The notes under the pieces were generated by a model. That model made no database searches, was not told where the DNA came from, and was given only the letters and a program-made list of their open reading frames with translations. A stretch of DNA of 64,000 nt from positions 64,001 to 128,000 of the forward strand of contig JBGAHS010000005.1 of the NCBI GenBank assembly GCA_044226015.1, read 5' to 3'. A program made the position numbers and the translations under genes. Positions 47,849-58,496 of the stretch are shown one piece after another. Each line of letters begins with the position of its first letter. Position 1 is the stretch's first letter. This stretch comes from Candidatus Obscuribacteraceae bacterium. GTDB lineage: Bacteria; Cyanobacteriota; Vampirovibrionia; Obscuribacterales; Obscuribacteraceae.

Positions 47849-48493
47849 ATGAAAACAACTTCGTTTTCCGGAATGCAAATTCCATCAATTGAATCAGTCA
47901 GCGGCGACGGCATTGCGACTGTACAAGAAACACCTATCGTAGGTAGGCACAATGCAAAAAGAGTTACCACCACGACCAGAGATGGCTCGGGTGCCGTAAG
48001 TACAATATTAGTTGAAGAATTTCACGGTGAGCGCTTGATGTCGAGGCAGCTCGAACAGAATATTCCGACGCGGTCAGTGACAAGAGAACTTTACGAGGCT
48101 GATGGGGCACTGATTAGCAGTGAAACAGAACGACGCGACTTGAATGGACGGAATACAAAAATTGTCGTTAGAGGTTCGGGCAAATCGTCAACAACGCGCA
48201 TCTTGTGCGGCGACGTAGAGGCGCGAGCAACCGAACGCTCTGTTTTGATTGAGACTCCAAAGGCGAGTTATAGCTTCTATCCTTTTGATGGAAAATGGAG
48301 TTCTTTCTATAAGGAAATAAACATGAAGTTAGAGCTGAAGGCTAATTTCTTGAAGAGTCCGGACTCAATTTTGAATGGACCTGATGGAATCAAGATTGTC
48401 TTCAAAGGCGGACGTATGGTTGATTTGTTGGTTGCTTCTGAGTTTGAACCAAGTTCCTCCGAGATACCTTCAGGAGCAAACGCTATTGTTTAG
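47849..48493 (+). CDS. Hypothetical protein (beta-rich)
   Basis: 214-aa ORF with an AGGA upstream. Confidence 0.7.
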   Translation: MKTTSFSGMQIPSIESVSGDGIATVQETPIVGRHNAKRVTTTTRDGSGAVSTILVEEFHGERLMSRQLEQNIPTRSVTRELYEADGALISSETERRDLNGRNTKIVVRGSGKSSTTRILCGDVEARATERSVLIETPKASYSFYPFDGKWSSFYKEINMKLELKANFLKSPDSILNGPDGIKIVFKGGRMVDLLVASEFEPSSSEIPSGANAIV

Positions 48494-48538
48494 TTGCTGA
48501 TTAGTTGTGTAAGCGGAGATGAGGTGCTTTCGGTCTAT

Positions 48539-50071
48539 CTAACGGTTTGCGATCTTCTTTGTGCGCTCTGTTTTGCTGGTTTCGATAAGCTCAGTGTCAG
48601 ATGGTTTTTCAGAAGGCTTTTCCACTGGAATGCGGAACCAGAAAGTGCTGCCTTTTCCTTCTACACTTCGAACACCAATTTCGCCGCTGTGAAGTTCAAC
48701 TAGTGATTTGCATATAGCAAGACCAAGTCCTGTGCCTTTTTTCTTTTTTGCGTCGCCAATTTGATCCACCTGTTGAAACCGTTGGAACATGCTCTTCATG
48801 AAGCTCTCTGGAATGCCTCTTCCCTGGTCGACAACTCTCAATTCAACCGTATTTCCCTCAGCGGGAACAGCTTCCAATGTCACGGTGCTTTCTGCCGGTG
48901 AGAATTTGATCGCGTTGGAAATAAGATTCACTATAACCTGGATGATTCGATCGCCATCTGCGTAAATTTGTAGGTCGGTGTCGACGATCTTGATGTTCAC
49001 ATTTTGCTTTTCTGCGAATGCTTTTACAGATTCGAAAGAACGTTCAAAAATAGGCAACACTGGAGTTCTATGGCAATCGATAGCCAACTGTCCTGCTTCC
49101 ATTTTCTCTATATCTAGCAAGTCGTTGATTAGATTAATCAGGCGAGTTGTGTTGTTCTCTGCGTTTGTGACCTCTTTGTGAGCACGCACCGGCAATGAGC
49201 CTAGTACTCCTTCAGAGAGCAAAGTGAGTGATGCTTGTACTGAAGTTAGTGGTGTGCGAAGGTCATGGCTGACCATCGACACGAGTTCTTGTTTTCGCCT
49301 TGCAGCTTCGGCAAGAGCTTCGGCCATATTGTGAAAGACATGGTCCAGGTGTGCAATTTCGTCTCCGCCCCCGATTCGATCGTGAAGCGTTTGGTGCCGC
49401 GAAAGTCTATCAGTGTTATCCATGAGAATCAATAGGCGTTTTGTCGTGCCACGATTGAAGTAGATTGCCAGTGAAACAGCAAGAATGACATTCGCAAGAA
49501 TGCCTGCAGCAAGGCAGTAAATAACAATCAATCTAGATTTCGCCTCTGCTTGAGGATCTATTTGCTCGGATTTCTCCATTTCTTTGATGAATGCACGCAA
49601 TTCACCTGTCAGGTCAGAAAGCAGAGTTTCCATAACTTCTTTGTCGGCTTGTAATCTGTTAGCCATGCGCGATTCGGCTACCAGAAGGCTGCCTCGGGCG
49701 AGAAGTTCTGTGGCGCGGTTACCGATTTTTTGTACTCTAGTAAGTGCCTCTTTTGTATTTCGACTATCACGCAAAAGAGTCTTCAGATTGGAAATCTGAT
49801 TTGGAATTTCCACGCCCAGGTCTTTATAGCGCTCAAGCATGCGATCGGAACCCGTGGTTCCGTAAATGTACAGGGCGAGCCCGCTGTCCATAATGTTCTT
49901 GAGGAGATTGTTAGACTCTGCCAGCACGGCTTTGGAGTGTCGTTCTCTCCATATTTCGACTTCTGCCTGTTTTAGTGCAAAGATCAGTACCACCACGAAA
50001 AAGATTTCAAACAGCAGCGGTACTGCTACTAGAATTAGACCTTTGTGTGATAGCTGTAGATTAATCTTCAT
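48539..50071 (-). CDS. Membrane sensor histidine kinase, paralog of 21628-23088
   Basis: VSHDLRTPL, NLISNAIKF, DQGRG, GTGLGL; ATG 50071 aligns with the paralog start. Confidence 0.95.
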   Translation of the reverse strand: MKINLQLSHKGLILVAVPLLFEIFFVVVLIFALKQAEVEIWRERHSKAVLAESNNLLKNIMDSGLALYIYGTTGSDRMLERYKDLGVEIPNQISNLKTLLRDSRNTKEALTRVQKIGNRATELLARGSLLVAESRMANRLQADKEVMETLLSDLTGELRAFIKEMEKSEQIDPQAEAKSRLIVIYCLAAGILANVILAVSLAIYFNRGTTKRLLILMDNTDRLSRHQTLHDRIGGGDEIAHLDHVFHNMAEALAEAARRKQELVSMVSHDLRTPLTSVQASLTLLSEGVLGSLPVRAHKEVTNAENNTTRLINLINDLLDIEKMEAGQLAIDCHRTPVLPIFERSFESVKAFAEKQNVNIKIVDTDLQIYADGDRIIQVIVNLISNAIKFSPAESTVTLEAVPAEGNTVELRVVDQGRGIPESFMKSMFQRFQQVDQIGDAKKKKGTGLGLAICKSLVELHSGEIGVRSVEGKGSTFWFRIPVEKPSEKPSDTELIETSKTERTKKIANR

Positions 50072-50300
50072 GTCTGGCAGAGGTTTGTCCAATCTAAAAA
50101 GTACCCGATTGGCTCTGGTTCAAAGCTTCAATGAGTGTTGTTTTTTGCTGGCATTCTGATAAAGACGAACAATTAATCTTTGCTCTCAATCGCTGCTTGC
50201 GGATGAATTTCGGCAGACTGTCTATAATGACTTTATTGGATCTTTCAGTAAGTAGCGGTGACATTTGCTCAGCGGAAACAATAGCAATTTTTTCGGTTCG

Positions 50301-51773
50301 ATGGCAAAACTCCTTGTATTTTGTCTTATTGCGATTCTGCTATGCAATTCGACGATTGCCGGATGCCCGGCTTATGCGAAAAAGACGAAGCAAGAGAAAA
50401 CTGAGAAATCACCGGGCAGCGATGAAATCAAGCCGACTACGTCCGATGTAATGCCTTTGCCAGCGCCATCTCCTGTTCCTCAAGGTGATCTTCCAGGACA
50501 GGCTGCTGAGCCTCCGGATACTTCGGCAAGAGATGCAGCATCAAATTCGCAAGCCGCTGCAGAGCCATCTCAAAAGCCAGAATCGAGTCTGACGCCAATT
50601 GATATAATGCCATCATCAGGGAAAACTGAATCTAGTTCGTCCGCAGCGAAGATAGACTCTAGCGCTGGGACTTCTTCAACAGCCGCAATAAGTCCCATCT
50701 CAACACCAGCTTCTTCATCTTCTCAAACGACAGGGCAATCATCTAAGTCACAAGGTCCTCGGAAAATTGCACCACTGTCAGGTATGCAAATGCCGAGTGA
50801 AGATATGCCACCAGCAGCACCTGAATTTCAGAAGGATGCACCGACACCATCACAGCTTTTCAATTTGCAAGCACAACAAATTGATGTGAGAGCTGCTGAA
50901 CAACGAAACATGCTGCCACCACCTGCGATGCAAGGCATGACGCCTCGATATGGCATGGGTCAGCCTTATTACGGCAATGCGCAGAATTACAATGCCAATG
51001 CAAATGGAAACTTTTTTTCGGGTAATGCAATTCAAAATGCAGATCCAAGAACACTGACTCAGGTAGATTTGCGAAAAATGGCAAATCATGAAGTGGTCTT
51101 GTTGATAGACCGTTCTTCCTCCATGACAGCGATGGATTGCCCAAACGTTGGAGGGTCTTCTCATCCCAGTTTTGCACCAAAAATGGGTGGACTTATGTCT
51201 GCTTTACTTGGTGTTCCTCTTTTGAACGGTATGGGAATGGGCACCAGTCGATGGGAGTGGTGCCTTCATCAGACAAGTGATTTGTCCCGGCAAACGCAAC
51301 AGATTTACTCGCAGGGCATAACTGTGGTGCTTTTTTCCACAGGATTCGTGACTCTTCCAAATGTGACTTTAGACCAGCTTCCTAGAGTATTCAACGACAA
51401 CTTTCCTTTTGGTGGCACCAACTTGGGACCAGCGCTAGCATCGCAGATTGGTGAGTATTTCAGGCGTCGTGAATACACGCGTGGAAATATCAAACCATTG
51501 ATGATTGGTATCGTTACTGATGGCTGTCCTAACAATCGCACTGCCGTCCGTCAAGCCATCATTCAAGCCACTCAGCTGATGCGAGACCAACAAGAAATCA
51601 CCATAATATTTTTCCTTATCGGCGGTATGGATTATGTTGGTGAGGCGTTCGTGCAGGACCTTACTGTAAATCTAGTGCGCCAAGGTGCACGATTCCCAAT
51701 AGTGCGTGCAGTTTCCTTTGGAGAATTGCAGCGAATCGGTCTTGCAAAGGCTATCGCGGACAATCTGCAGTAA
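50301..51773 (+). CDS. Secreted vWA-domain protein with a long S/P-rich linker
   Basis: Signal peptide ending AYA-K; MIDAS DRSSS...GGTNL...VTDG. Confidence 0.85.
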   Translation: MAKLLVFCLIAILLCNSTIAGCPAYAKKTKQEKTEKSPGSDEIKPTTSDVMPLPAPSPVPQGDLPGQAAEPPDTSARDAASNSQAAAEPSQKPESSLTPIDIMPSSGKTESSSSAAKIDSSAGTSSTAAISPISTPASSSSQTTGQSSKSQGPRKIAPLSGMQMPSEDMPPAAPEFQKDAPTPSQLFNLQAQQIDVRAAEQRNMLPPPAMQGMTPRYGMGQPYYGNAQNYNANANGNFFSGNAIQNADPRTLTQVDLRKMANHEVVLLIDRSSSMTAMDCPNVGGSSHPSFAPKMGGLMSALLGVPLLNGMGMGTSRWEWCLHQTSDLSRQTQQIYSQGITVVLFSTGFVTLPNVTLDQLPRVFNDNFPFGGTNLGPALASQIGEYFRRREYTRGNIKPLMIGIVTDGCPNNRTAVRQAIIQATQLMRDQQEITIIFFLIGGMDYVGEAFVQDLTVNLVRQGARFPIVRAVSFGELQRIGLAKAIADNLQ

Positions 51774-51850
51774 TTGCCGATTAAGGCATCAAGTGGGATG
51801 ATTAGGGGAGCTGAAATCTGCCAGCTCCTGGTTAGAGGTGTCAAGTAATA

Positions 51851-52615
51851 GTGAATATCGAGAAATACAATCCTACCGGGCGTTTCTCCGATCGAGCTAA
51901 GTTGTATTCGCAAGCCAGACCTGATTACCCTGGTTCCGCGCTTGACTTCATTGAAGCTCAGCTTCACGGGGGCGGAGGCGAAGTTCTTGACATTGGCGCT
52001 GGTACTGGTATAAGTTCGCGCGCTCTGGCCGCTAAGGGCTTTCGGGTGACAGCACTGGAGCCAAACGAGGAAATGTTGCAAGAAGCGCGAGAGCATCCAG
52101 CATACCGGGAAAAAATTGAATTTGTTAAAGCCAGAGCTGAGCAGACAGGACTAAGTTCCGATACTTTCGATGGAATTTTGTGTGCTCAAGCATTTCACTG
52201 GTTTGATCCTGATCTGGCTCTAATCGAGTTTTGTCGACTTCTCAAATCCGCTGGTTGGCTGTTTCTCATGTGGAATGAGCGCGACGAAAAGGACGAATTC
52301 ACCAAGAGGTATGGTGACTTGCTGCGAACTTTGCCTGATACCTCAAGGGTCGAATTAAAACGTGGTGAAGCTGCGGATCCACTAATGGTCAGTTCTCTAT
52401 TCCACAATCAATTCAAAAAGTCTTTTGAACATGAGCAGGTGCTTGATTTGTCTGGCTTTCTTGGTCGAGCGTTTTCTTCATCCTACGTTCCTCACATTGA
52501 TAGTGATGAAGGAAAGTCGTTTGCAAAACAGTTGGAAGATCTGTTTGCATTTTTTCAGGTCAATGGCAGCATTGTGCTCAAGTACGAGTGCTCTGTTTAT
52601 TGCGGGCAGAAGTAA
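51851..52615 (+). CDS. Class I SAM-dependent methyltransferase
   Basis: Y..ARPDYP, VLDIGAGTG, AQAFHWFD. Confidence 0.93.
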   Translation: MNIEKYNPTGRFSDRAKLYSQARPDYPGSALDFIEAQLHGGGGEVLDIGAGTGISSRALAAKGFRVTALEPNEEMLQEAREHPAYREKIEFVKARAEQTGLSSDTFDGILCAQAFHWFDPDLALIEFCRLLKSAGWLFLMWNERDEKDEFTKRYGDLLRTLPDTSRVELKRGEAADPLMVSSLFHNQFKKSFEHEQVLDLSGFLGRAFSSSYVPHIDSDEGKSFAKQLEDLFAFFQVNGSIVLKYECSVYCGQK

Positions 52616-54717
52616 TGACTCACCGACTATTGCTTCTGGACGATGACGATCTCTTTCGCAAAATGGTCGTGCCCGGCTTGCAGTCCAAAGGTTTTGTCGT
52701 TGAAGAGGCAGCAACTGGTACTGAAGCACTTTCTCTAATTTCTTCGTCTAAATTTGATTTGTTGATCGTCGATGGTGTGTTACCAGATACAGATGGAATT
52801 AAGTGGATTACCAGATATAAGGCGTCTGGTGGCAGAGTGCCAGTTGTATTTGTCTCTGGTCATTGGCAATCATCTGAGGTTTATGAAGTCTTGACCAGAG
52901 ATTTGAAAGTTAGCCAAATAATTCACAAACCAGTCATTCCGCAAGTATTTGTTGAACAAATTCACTCTGAAATGAGTAAGGAACGATGGACTCCTTCTGC
53001 ACCCGCCAAGGAAGAAGTGCGCTATGGTTCAGTAGAAGCTGAAGAGGAAGCTGCCGACGCGGCGCTGGCAAGATCAATGGCTGATCTCATGCGTGAGTAC
53101 ATGGAAGAGCTACCGCAAGAAATTGAAAAAATGCGCGATGGAATAACGATGGCAAAATCGGGGGAAAATACTCACGAAGGAATGAAGCTCGCTCGAATGC
53201 AATCACATAAGTTGCGTGGCACTGCAGGTTCATTTGGCTTGAAAGCCCTGGGCGATTTAATGGCCTCAATCGAAGACAAAATCAGAGCACATGAGGCAGC
53301 ATTCGATAAAGCTGGTAATGATTTCTATATCGACCTTGAGCGTGCTGCAGATCGTGCGGTTCAGCTAAATGAAGAAGCTCAACGCAAGTTTGCTATACAT
53401 CTATCGAAAGACTCCAAATCCGCTGAGTTGCGCACAATATCTCGCATATTGGTTGTCGCCGAAGATGAGACTTTTATTGAATCTGTCTCGCGCGTTGCTA
53501 AGCAAAGACTGATTGAACTTGTAAAAGCTGTCACCATAGATGACGTCATTCATGTGCTTTCAAAAAAATCAATCGATGCTATTTTGATCGATGTGAATCC
53601 TGAGGAACAGAAGTCATTTGAACTCGTTGGAGCCATCAGGGAAACTGCACCAAACGACATTCCTATCGCCTTTGTTAGCGAAGATGCCAAATTGGATGAT
53701 CGCCTTCTGGCTGCCCATCTCGGTGCTTCCTTATATATCAACAAACCCGTTGACCCTGATTCATTGGAAGATGCGATTCAAAGGTTGATGATACTTTCTT
53801 CCAGAGAACGTCCTAAGATTTTGATTGTAGATGACGATATGCATTTCGCGCGCAGAGTTGCACGAATCCTCATGGATCGCGGCATGGAAACGCACTTACT
53901 TGATGAACCTTTGAAGATTCTTGAGAAATTGCAGGAGACACCGCCGGACATTCTCATTCTTGATTTGATGATGCCGTATATAAGTGGTTTCGATATCTGC
54001 AAAATGCTCAGAACAATGCCTCGTTGGCAGGATCTTCCCATCATTTTTGTTACGGCTCAGACTGGCATCGACACGCGAATTGCTGCGTTCTCGTGCGGTG
54101 CAGACGATTACTTGCCAAAACCCCTGTCTGCTGACGAACTCGTTGCAAGAGTGACATTGCGAGTTGAACGATCGCGCTTACTTCGGGAACGAAGTGAAAG
54201 AGACCCCGTCACTGGTCTCCTGGTAAGACGCGGATTCATGGAAAGATTCAATGCTGCGCTTTCTTCGGCTAAACGGTTATCTCAACCTGTGAGTTTGGTT
54301 TTATTCGACGTGGACAAGTTTAAGCAAATCAACGACAAGTATGGACATCTTGCAGGCGATGCCGTTCTTGCTGGGCTTGGAAGGCTGATGCTAAAACGAT
54401 TTCGCGTTGAAGATCTTCGGGGTCGCTGGGGAGGAGACGAGTTTGTCCTCGCATTTTTAGGCAGTGATGTCGTACAATCGCACAGATTGATGCAGGGCTT
54501 TCTAGAAGAATTTTCAAAAATCGATTTTAGCGGAGAGAACGGAGACAACTTTCATGCATCTTTAAGTGCTGGTATCGCGTCGTTTCCTTCCGATTGCGAC
54601 AATGCTTACGAACTGCTTGGTGCAGCTGACCAACGGCTCTATGAAGCTAAAGCGCGCGGAAGGAATCGGGTAGTCTCAGACTCGGCAATAGCCCTACAAA
54701 AGGAAGTGAAGTCATGA
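52615..54717 (+). CDS. Diguanylate cyclase, REC-Hpt-REC-REC-GGDEF
   Basis: ATG overlaps the upstream TAA; three receiver domains, Hpt HKLRGTAGSFG, I-site RVED, GGDEF. Confidence 0.93.
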   Translation: MTHRLLLLDDDDLFRKMVVPGLQSKGFVVEEAATGTEALSLISSSKFDLLIVDGVLPDTDGIKWITRYKASGGRVPVVFVSGHWQSSEVYEVLTRDLKVSQIIHKPVIPQVFVEQIHSEMSKERWTPSAPAKEEVRYGSVEAEEEAADAALARSMADLMREYMEELPQEIEKMRDGITMAKSGENTHEGMKLARMQSHKLRGTAGSFGLKALGDLMASIEDKIRAHEAAFDKAGNDFYIDLERAADRAVQLNEEAQRKFAIHLSKDSKSAELRTISRILVVAEDETFIESVSRVAKQRLIELVKAVTIDDVIHVLSKKSIDAILIDVNPEEQKSFELVGAIRETAPNDIPIAFVSEDAKLDDRLLAAHLGASLYINKPVDPDSLEDAIQRLMILSSRERPKILIVDDDMHFARRVARILMDRGMETHLLDEPLKILEKLQETPPDILILDLMMPYISGFDICKMLRTMPRWQDLPIIFVTAQTGIDTRIAAFSCGADDYLPKPLSADELVARVTLRVERSRLLRERSERDPVTGLLVRRGFMERFNAALSSAKRLSQPVSLVLFDVDKFKQINDKYGHLAGDAVLAGLGRLMLKRFRVEDLRGRWGGDEFVLAFLGSDVVQSHRLMQGFLEEFSKIDFSGENGDNFHASLSAGIASFPSDCDNAYELLGAADQRLYEAKARGRNRVVSDSAIALQKEVKS

Positions 54718-55709
54718 TAAAAGCAATGGTTTTGGCGGCAGGCGTAGGATCCAGGCTTGATCCGATCAGCCAGTACATTCCTAAACCTCTTGTTCCGGTC
54801 CTAAACGTGCCGGTCATAACCAATATCTTGCACGGTTTGAAAAAACACGGTGTGACAGAAGTAGTGTCAAACACTCACTATCTGGCAGAAGCACTGGCAA
54901 AGCATTTCGAAAGTCATCCTGCTGGCGGAATGAATATCAAATTTTTGTATGAAGAAGAACTTTCTGGTGACGCTGGTGGAGTTAGGGCGTGCAAGCAATA
55001 TTTGATGGACGACACGTTCATTGTAATCATGGGTGATTTGATTACTAATGCCAATCTCGGAAGCCTCGTCAAAGCACATAAAGCAAAAGGTGCTCTGGCA
55101 ACAATTGGAGTCAAAAAAGTTTCTGATGTGAGCCGCTTCGGAGTAATGAAGCGTGATGAAAATGGCTTTATTCAAGCGTTCCAGGAAAAGCCAAAGCCAG
55201 AAGAGGCCATTTCGGACGAAATTTCCACTGGAATTTATATTCTTGAGCCGGAAGTGTTTAAGCACATTCCTGAGTCAGGAGTCTATGGATTCGGTAAGCA
55301 ACTCTTTCCTTCTCTGGTCGAAAAAGGTTTGCCAGTTTTGGGTGAGGAAATTGATGGTCAATGGTCCGATATTGGCACTCTGAAAGATCTTTATCGCGCA
55401 AATATGGATGCTCTTGCAGGGAAAGTGAAGCTATTTTGCGAGCCTGAAAAGGGCGCATTGCCTCTGAATAATGTCACGATTGGCGAGCGTGTTCTTCTCG
55501 GTAAGAATGTCACCATTGGTGATGGCACTCAGGTGGGCGACAATGTCATTATTGGAGATGATTGCGTCATCGGGAAGAATGTTAAACTAAGTAACTGTGT
55601 CGTTTTTGGTGACTCTCAGGTTGCTGATGGTTCTATTCTGGAAAAGTGCATATACGCCTTCAACGAACACATTCCAATGGAGCAACGTGAGGCTCTAGCT
55701 GCAAAATAG
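54714..55709 (+). CDS. NDP-sugar synthase (mannose-1-phosphate guanylyltransferase-like)
   Basis: AMVLAAGVGSRL.P....PKPL, FQEKP, WSDIG, C-terminal hexapeptide repeats; ATGA overlap with the upstream gene. Confidence 0.92.
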   Translation: MIKAMVLAAGVGSRLDPISQYIPKPLVPVLNVPVITNILHGLKKHGVTEVVSNTHYLAEALAKHFESHPAGGMNIKFLYEEELSGDAGGVRACKQYLMDDTFIVIMGDLITNANLGSLVKAHKAKGALATIGVKKVSDVSRFGVMKRDENGFIQAFQEKPKPEEAISDEISTGIYILEPEVFKHIPESGVYGFGKQLFPSLVEKGLPVLGEEIDGQWSDIGTLKDLYRANMDALAGKVKLFCEPEKGALPLNNVTIGERVLLGKNVTIGDGTQVGDNVIIGDDCVIGKNVKLSNCVVFGDSQVADGSILEKCIYAFNEHIPMEQREALAAK

Positions 55710-55830
55710 GCGAGATTGCCTCCGAGTGTTCTTACTGTTTCCAGACGCTTTCTGCGCCATGAATTTTGTCGGATTCAATCGCCGTTACCGCGGGATTCAA
55801 GCCTTGCAGCACTAACTTGTATTGGTGGGC

Positions 55831-55872
55831 TCCGTTAGAAAGGTTCCGTTAAAAAGGTTCCGCTAAATGAGA
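55831..55872. repeat. Three imperfect 14-bp direct repeats
   Basis: TCCGTTAGAAAGGT TCCGTTAAAAAGGT TCCGCTAAATGAGA. Confidence 0.6.
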
Positions 55873-55886
55873 TCTACTCACTTGCT

Positions 55887-56921
55887 CTATTTCTTTTGAG
55901 GAGGAGGAGGTGGAGGTGGCGGTGCATCTTTTGAATTCCCAGCCGCTGCTTTCTTCTTCAACGCAGTGACATACTGAAGCCCAACCTTCAGGCGTTGCTC
56001 ATTGTTTTTTGAAATGGCACGTTTGTAATAAAGAATGGAACCATCATAATCCTTATCTATCATCAGCAGATAGGCCGTTCTTTCGTGAGCATAGGCATCA
56101 TCTGGTTTATTGTCTGATGCGAGCTTGTACTCTGGAATAGATTCTTTTATTTTCTTATTGCGATAAAGGTAGTTTGCGAATTCCCAATGCATTTCACCGT
56201 CATTAGGTTTCAGTTTCAAATACTCTTGATACTGCTTTACTGTCTCTGGCTCGTCGTTCTGAAATTGTGCGATTTGAATCAAGACTTTTCTAAGCTGGTC
56301 AGTATCTTTTCCAAAGCTCAAGGCTTTTGTTAGCACCTGTTTTGATTTGTCGTACCTTCTCAAATGAAACAGTGTCTGTCCGTATTCTCCAAGGTAATCC
56401 TTTTCTCTGGACGGTTCTAATTCCATAATTTTTTCGAGAGCTGTTGATGCATCGCTCCAATCTTTGCCCCTCTTACAGGCATCGAAAAGGCAGATGTACA
56501 GCTGAATATTTTTCTGATTGGTGTTCAATGATTGCTTTAAAATAGATTTTGCATCGCCGTAGCGCTTGCGATCCATATCGATTTTTGCTTTTTGCAAGGC
56601 TAAATCTGGTGGAACTCCTTCTACTACCGGCTTAGGGGCTGGTGCAGGTTTTGGTTCTTCTTTGGGAACGAGCTTCTTTTCCTCTTCCTCTTCTTCCTCT
56701 TCTTTGCTTGGTGTAGTTTCGCTGCGCTGACCACCCATCAATGCTCTCTGAATGGCGTCATCATTATTATTTTGTTCAGCTTCTGTCTTTTTGCCTTTGC
56801 CCTTTTCAGCGAAGGCGGAATTACAAATTATCGAAAGGGAAAGCGGGAACGTCATCGACAACGCTAAAAGAATTCTTGAGAAGGACTTTCGAGCTTTCAT
56901 TTTTAATCTCTTTGCTAACAT
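55887..56921 (-). CDS. Secreted TPR-repeat protein
   Basis: Signal peptide ending AFA-E, poly-E and PAPAP linker, TPR helices, poly-Pro tail. Confidence 0.85.
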   Translation of the reverse strand: MLAKRLKMKARKSFSRILLALSMTFPLSLSIICNSAFAEKGKGKKTEAEQNNNDDAIQRALMGGQRSETTPSKEEEEEEEEKKLVPKEEPKPAPAPKPVVEGVPPDLALQKAKIDMDRKRYGDAKSILKQSLNTNQKNIQLYICLFDACKRGKDWSDASTALEKIMELEPSREKDYLGEYGQTLFHLRRYDKSKQVLTKALSFGKDTDQLRKVLIQIAQFQNDEPETVKQYQEYLKLKPNDGEMHWEFANYLYRNKKIKESIPEYKLASDNKPDDAYAHERTAYLLMIDKDYDGSILYYKRAISKNNEQRLKVGLQYVTALKKKAAAGNSKDAPPPPPPPPQKK

Positions 56922-57122
56922 TCAAAACTACCAACATTGCTTTACATTCCCCGTTGCAACAATAAAGAAGCAAAAAAGCACATTCTCCGGTTCTTGTTTC
57001 TTTATGCCTGCCAGGCAAGGGTTTTGAGGTTTGTGACTAAAGGCTTCACGATTTGCCTGAAAATGTTATCGGTCTCAAGCATTCGGGAAACCTACCTGTA
57101 TTGAATCCTTCAGAGAATTGCT

Positions 57123-58496
57123 ATGAAGAGCAGCAACCGATGGGTAGTTTGTGTGACTTGCATTGGGCTTGTGTTATCGCCAGCCTTTGCAAGCAGCATC
57201 ACTGGCGATGAGGGAGCCATTCTGACAGACGTACACAACAAAGTCGATAAACGAGTCAAGGTTGGTAGCGAAAAAGATGTTTGGGGCGAAGTGTGTCCAG
57301 GTAAGTTAGGCGATCTGTTGCCCGAAGGAACACAGCTTGCAACAGGAAACCGGTCCTGGGCTCAGATAAGCTGGCCAATGGTGACTACCAGAATTTGGGA
57401 AGAGTCTCTGGTGTCGATAGCGCCGAACAAAAAGATTGTAAATCTGCGTGAGGGCGAGATGCTTTTTAATCTCGATAAAAGGCACAAGGTGAGTGAGAAT
57501 TACGAGGTCTGGACAAAGTTGCTCCAGGCTCGCGTTCATGGAACGACCTTTATTGTGCAGTCTACGGCAGATTTTTCCCGAGTTGCTGTGCTTGAAGGAA
57601 ATCTTGATGTGCTTAATCGCCTTGATAATAGCATTGTGAATGTAGGACCAGGCGTGATTTATGAGGTTCGTACTGGAGCTGGTCCAGGTGCGAATTGGGT
57701 CAAACCAGTGAACTATAAAGCCAATAACAGGGCTCCCGAAGCCTCTCCCGTGCAAGGTGTTGGCTATTCTGCTGCCCCGCATCAAGCAAGCAATTACCCA
57801 AACGCAAGAATGACCCAAGATTGTCCTGAGAACATGACGGAAGACGAGATGAAGGCGAAAGCCTATCGAATGGCGAATAACGACCCTCAAAAGCTGGCGT
57901 ATTATTTTGAGAAGATTCGCATGTATCAAGAGAATAAGCGAAAAAACGAAATGGTGCGTGGACAGAACAGTGGTGTTAACAACTTTATGCCACCAAAGCT
58001 GAATGCAGCCCCCGCAAAGTTTGAGCCGATTGTTCCACTGGTTGATACAAGTGAATTTGCGCCACTGAAGTTCGATAAATCAACAAGCTCAAAACGTGGT
58101 GTCACTGAATTAAAAGGCAAAGACTCTTTTGTTGACGAACTTGGATCAAAGGCGGCTCCACCATTGTCTCTCTTTCGCTCTGGAAATGCTGCTACAAATC
58201 TCTATCTTGCTGACGTTGATAAGCTCTGGCAAAACAAGTTAGTGCAGGGTTTCTCGGAAAAACTACCGAGTTTAGCCCTCGTTCGCGATGAACTATATTC
58301 GCTGTCGCCGATTGCCAAATCAAAAGATTACTTCGACAATTCGCCTCAGACAATAAAGAAGCGCAATGAGTTATTTGCAAACAGGGCTCATGTTGTAAGA
58401 GGACCTGAGGGAAGCACTCCTGGTCGAGAGATGGCTAATGCTCTGACATTGCCTGGGCAGGCTAATGACTCAATCGCACAGAAAAAGCCGCTCTAG
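57123..58496 (+). CDS. Secreted FecR-domain protein
   Basis: G..L.TG..SWAQI, LREGEM.F, ARVHGTTF.V...VAVLEGNLDV. Confidence 0.82.
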   Translation: MKSSNRWVVCVTCIGLVLSPAFASSITGDEGAILTDVHNKVDKRVKVGSEKDVWGEVCPGKLGDLLPEGTQLATGNRSWAQISWPMVTTRIWEESLVSIAPNKKIVNLREGEMLFNLDKRHKVSENYEVWTKLLQARVHGTTFIVQSTADFSRVAVLEGNLDVLNRLDNSIVNVGPGVIYEVRTGAGPGANWVKPVNYKANNRAPEASPVQGVGYSAAPHQASNYPNARMTQDCPENMTEDEMKAKAYRMANNDPQKLAYYFEKIRMYQENKRKNEMVRGQNSGVNNFMPPKLNAAPAKFEPIVPLVDTSEFAPLKFDKSTSSKRGVTELKGKDSFVDELGSKAAPPLSLFRSGNAATNLYLADVDKLWQNKLVQGFSEKLPSLALVRDELYSLSPIAKSKDYFDNSPQTIKKRNELFANRAHVVRGPEGSTPGREMANALTLPGQANDSIAQKKPL

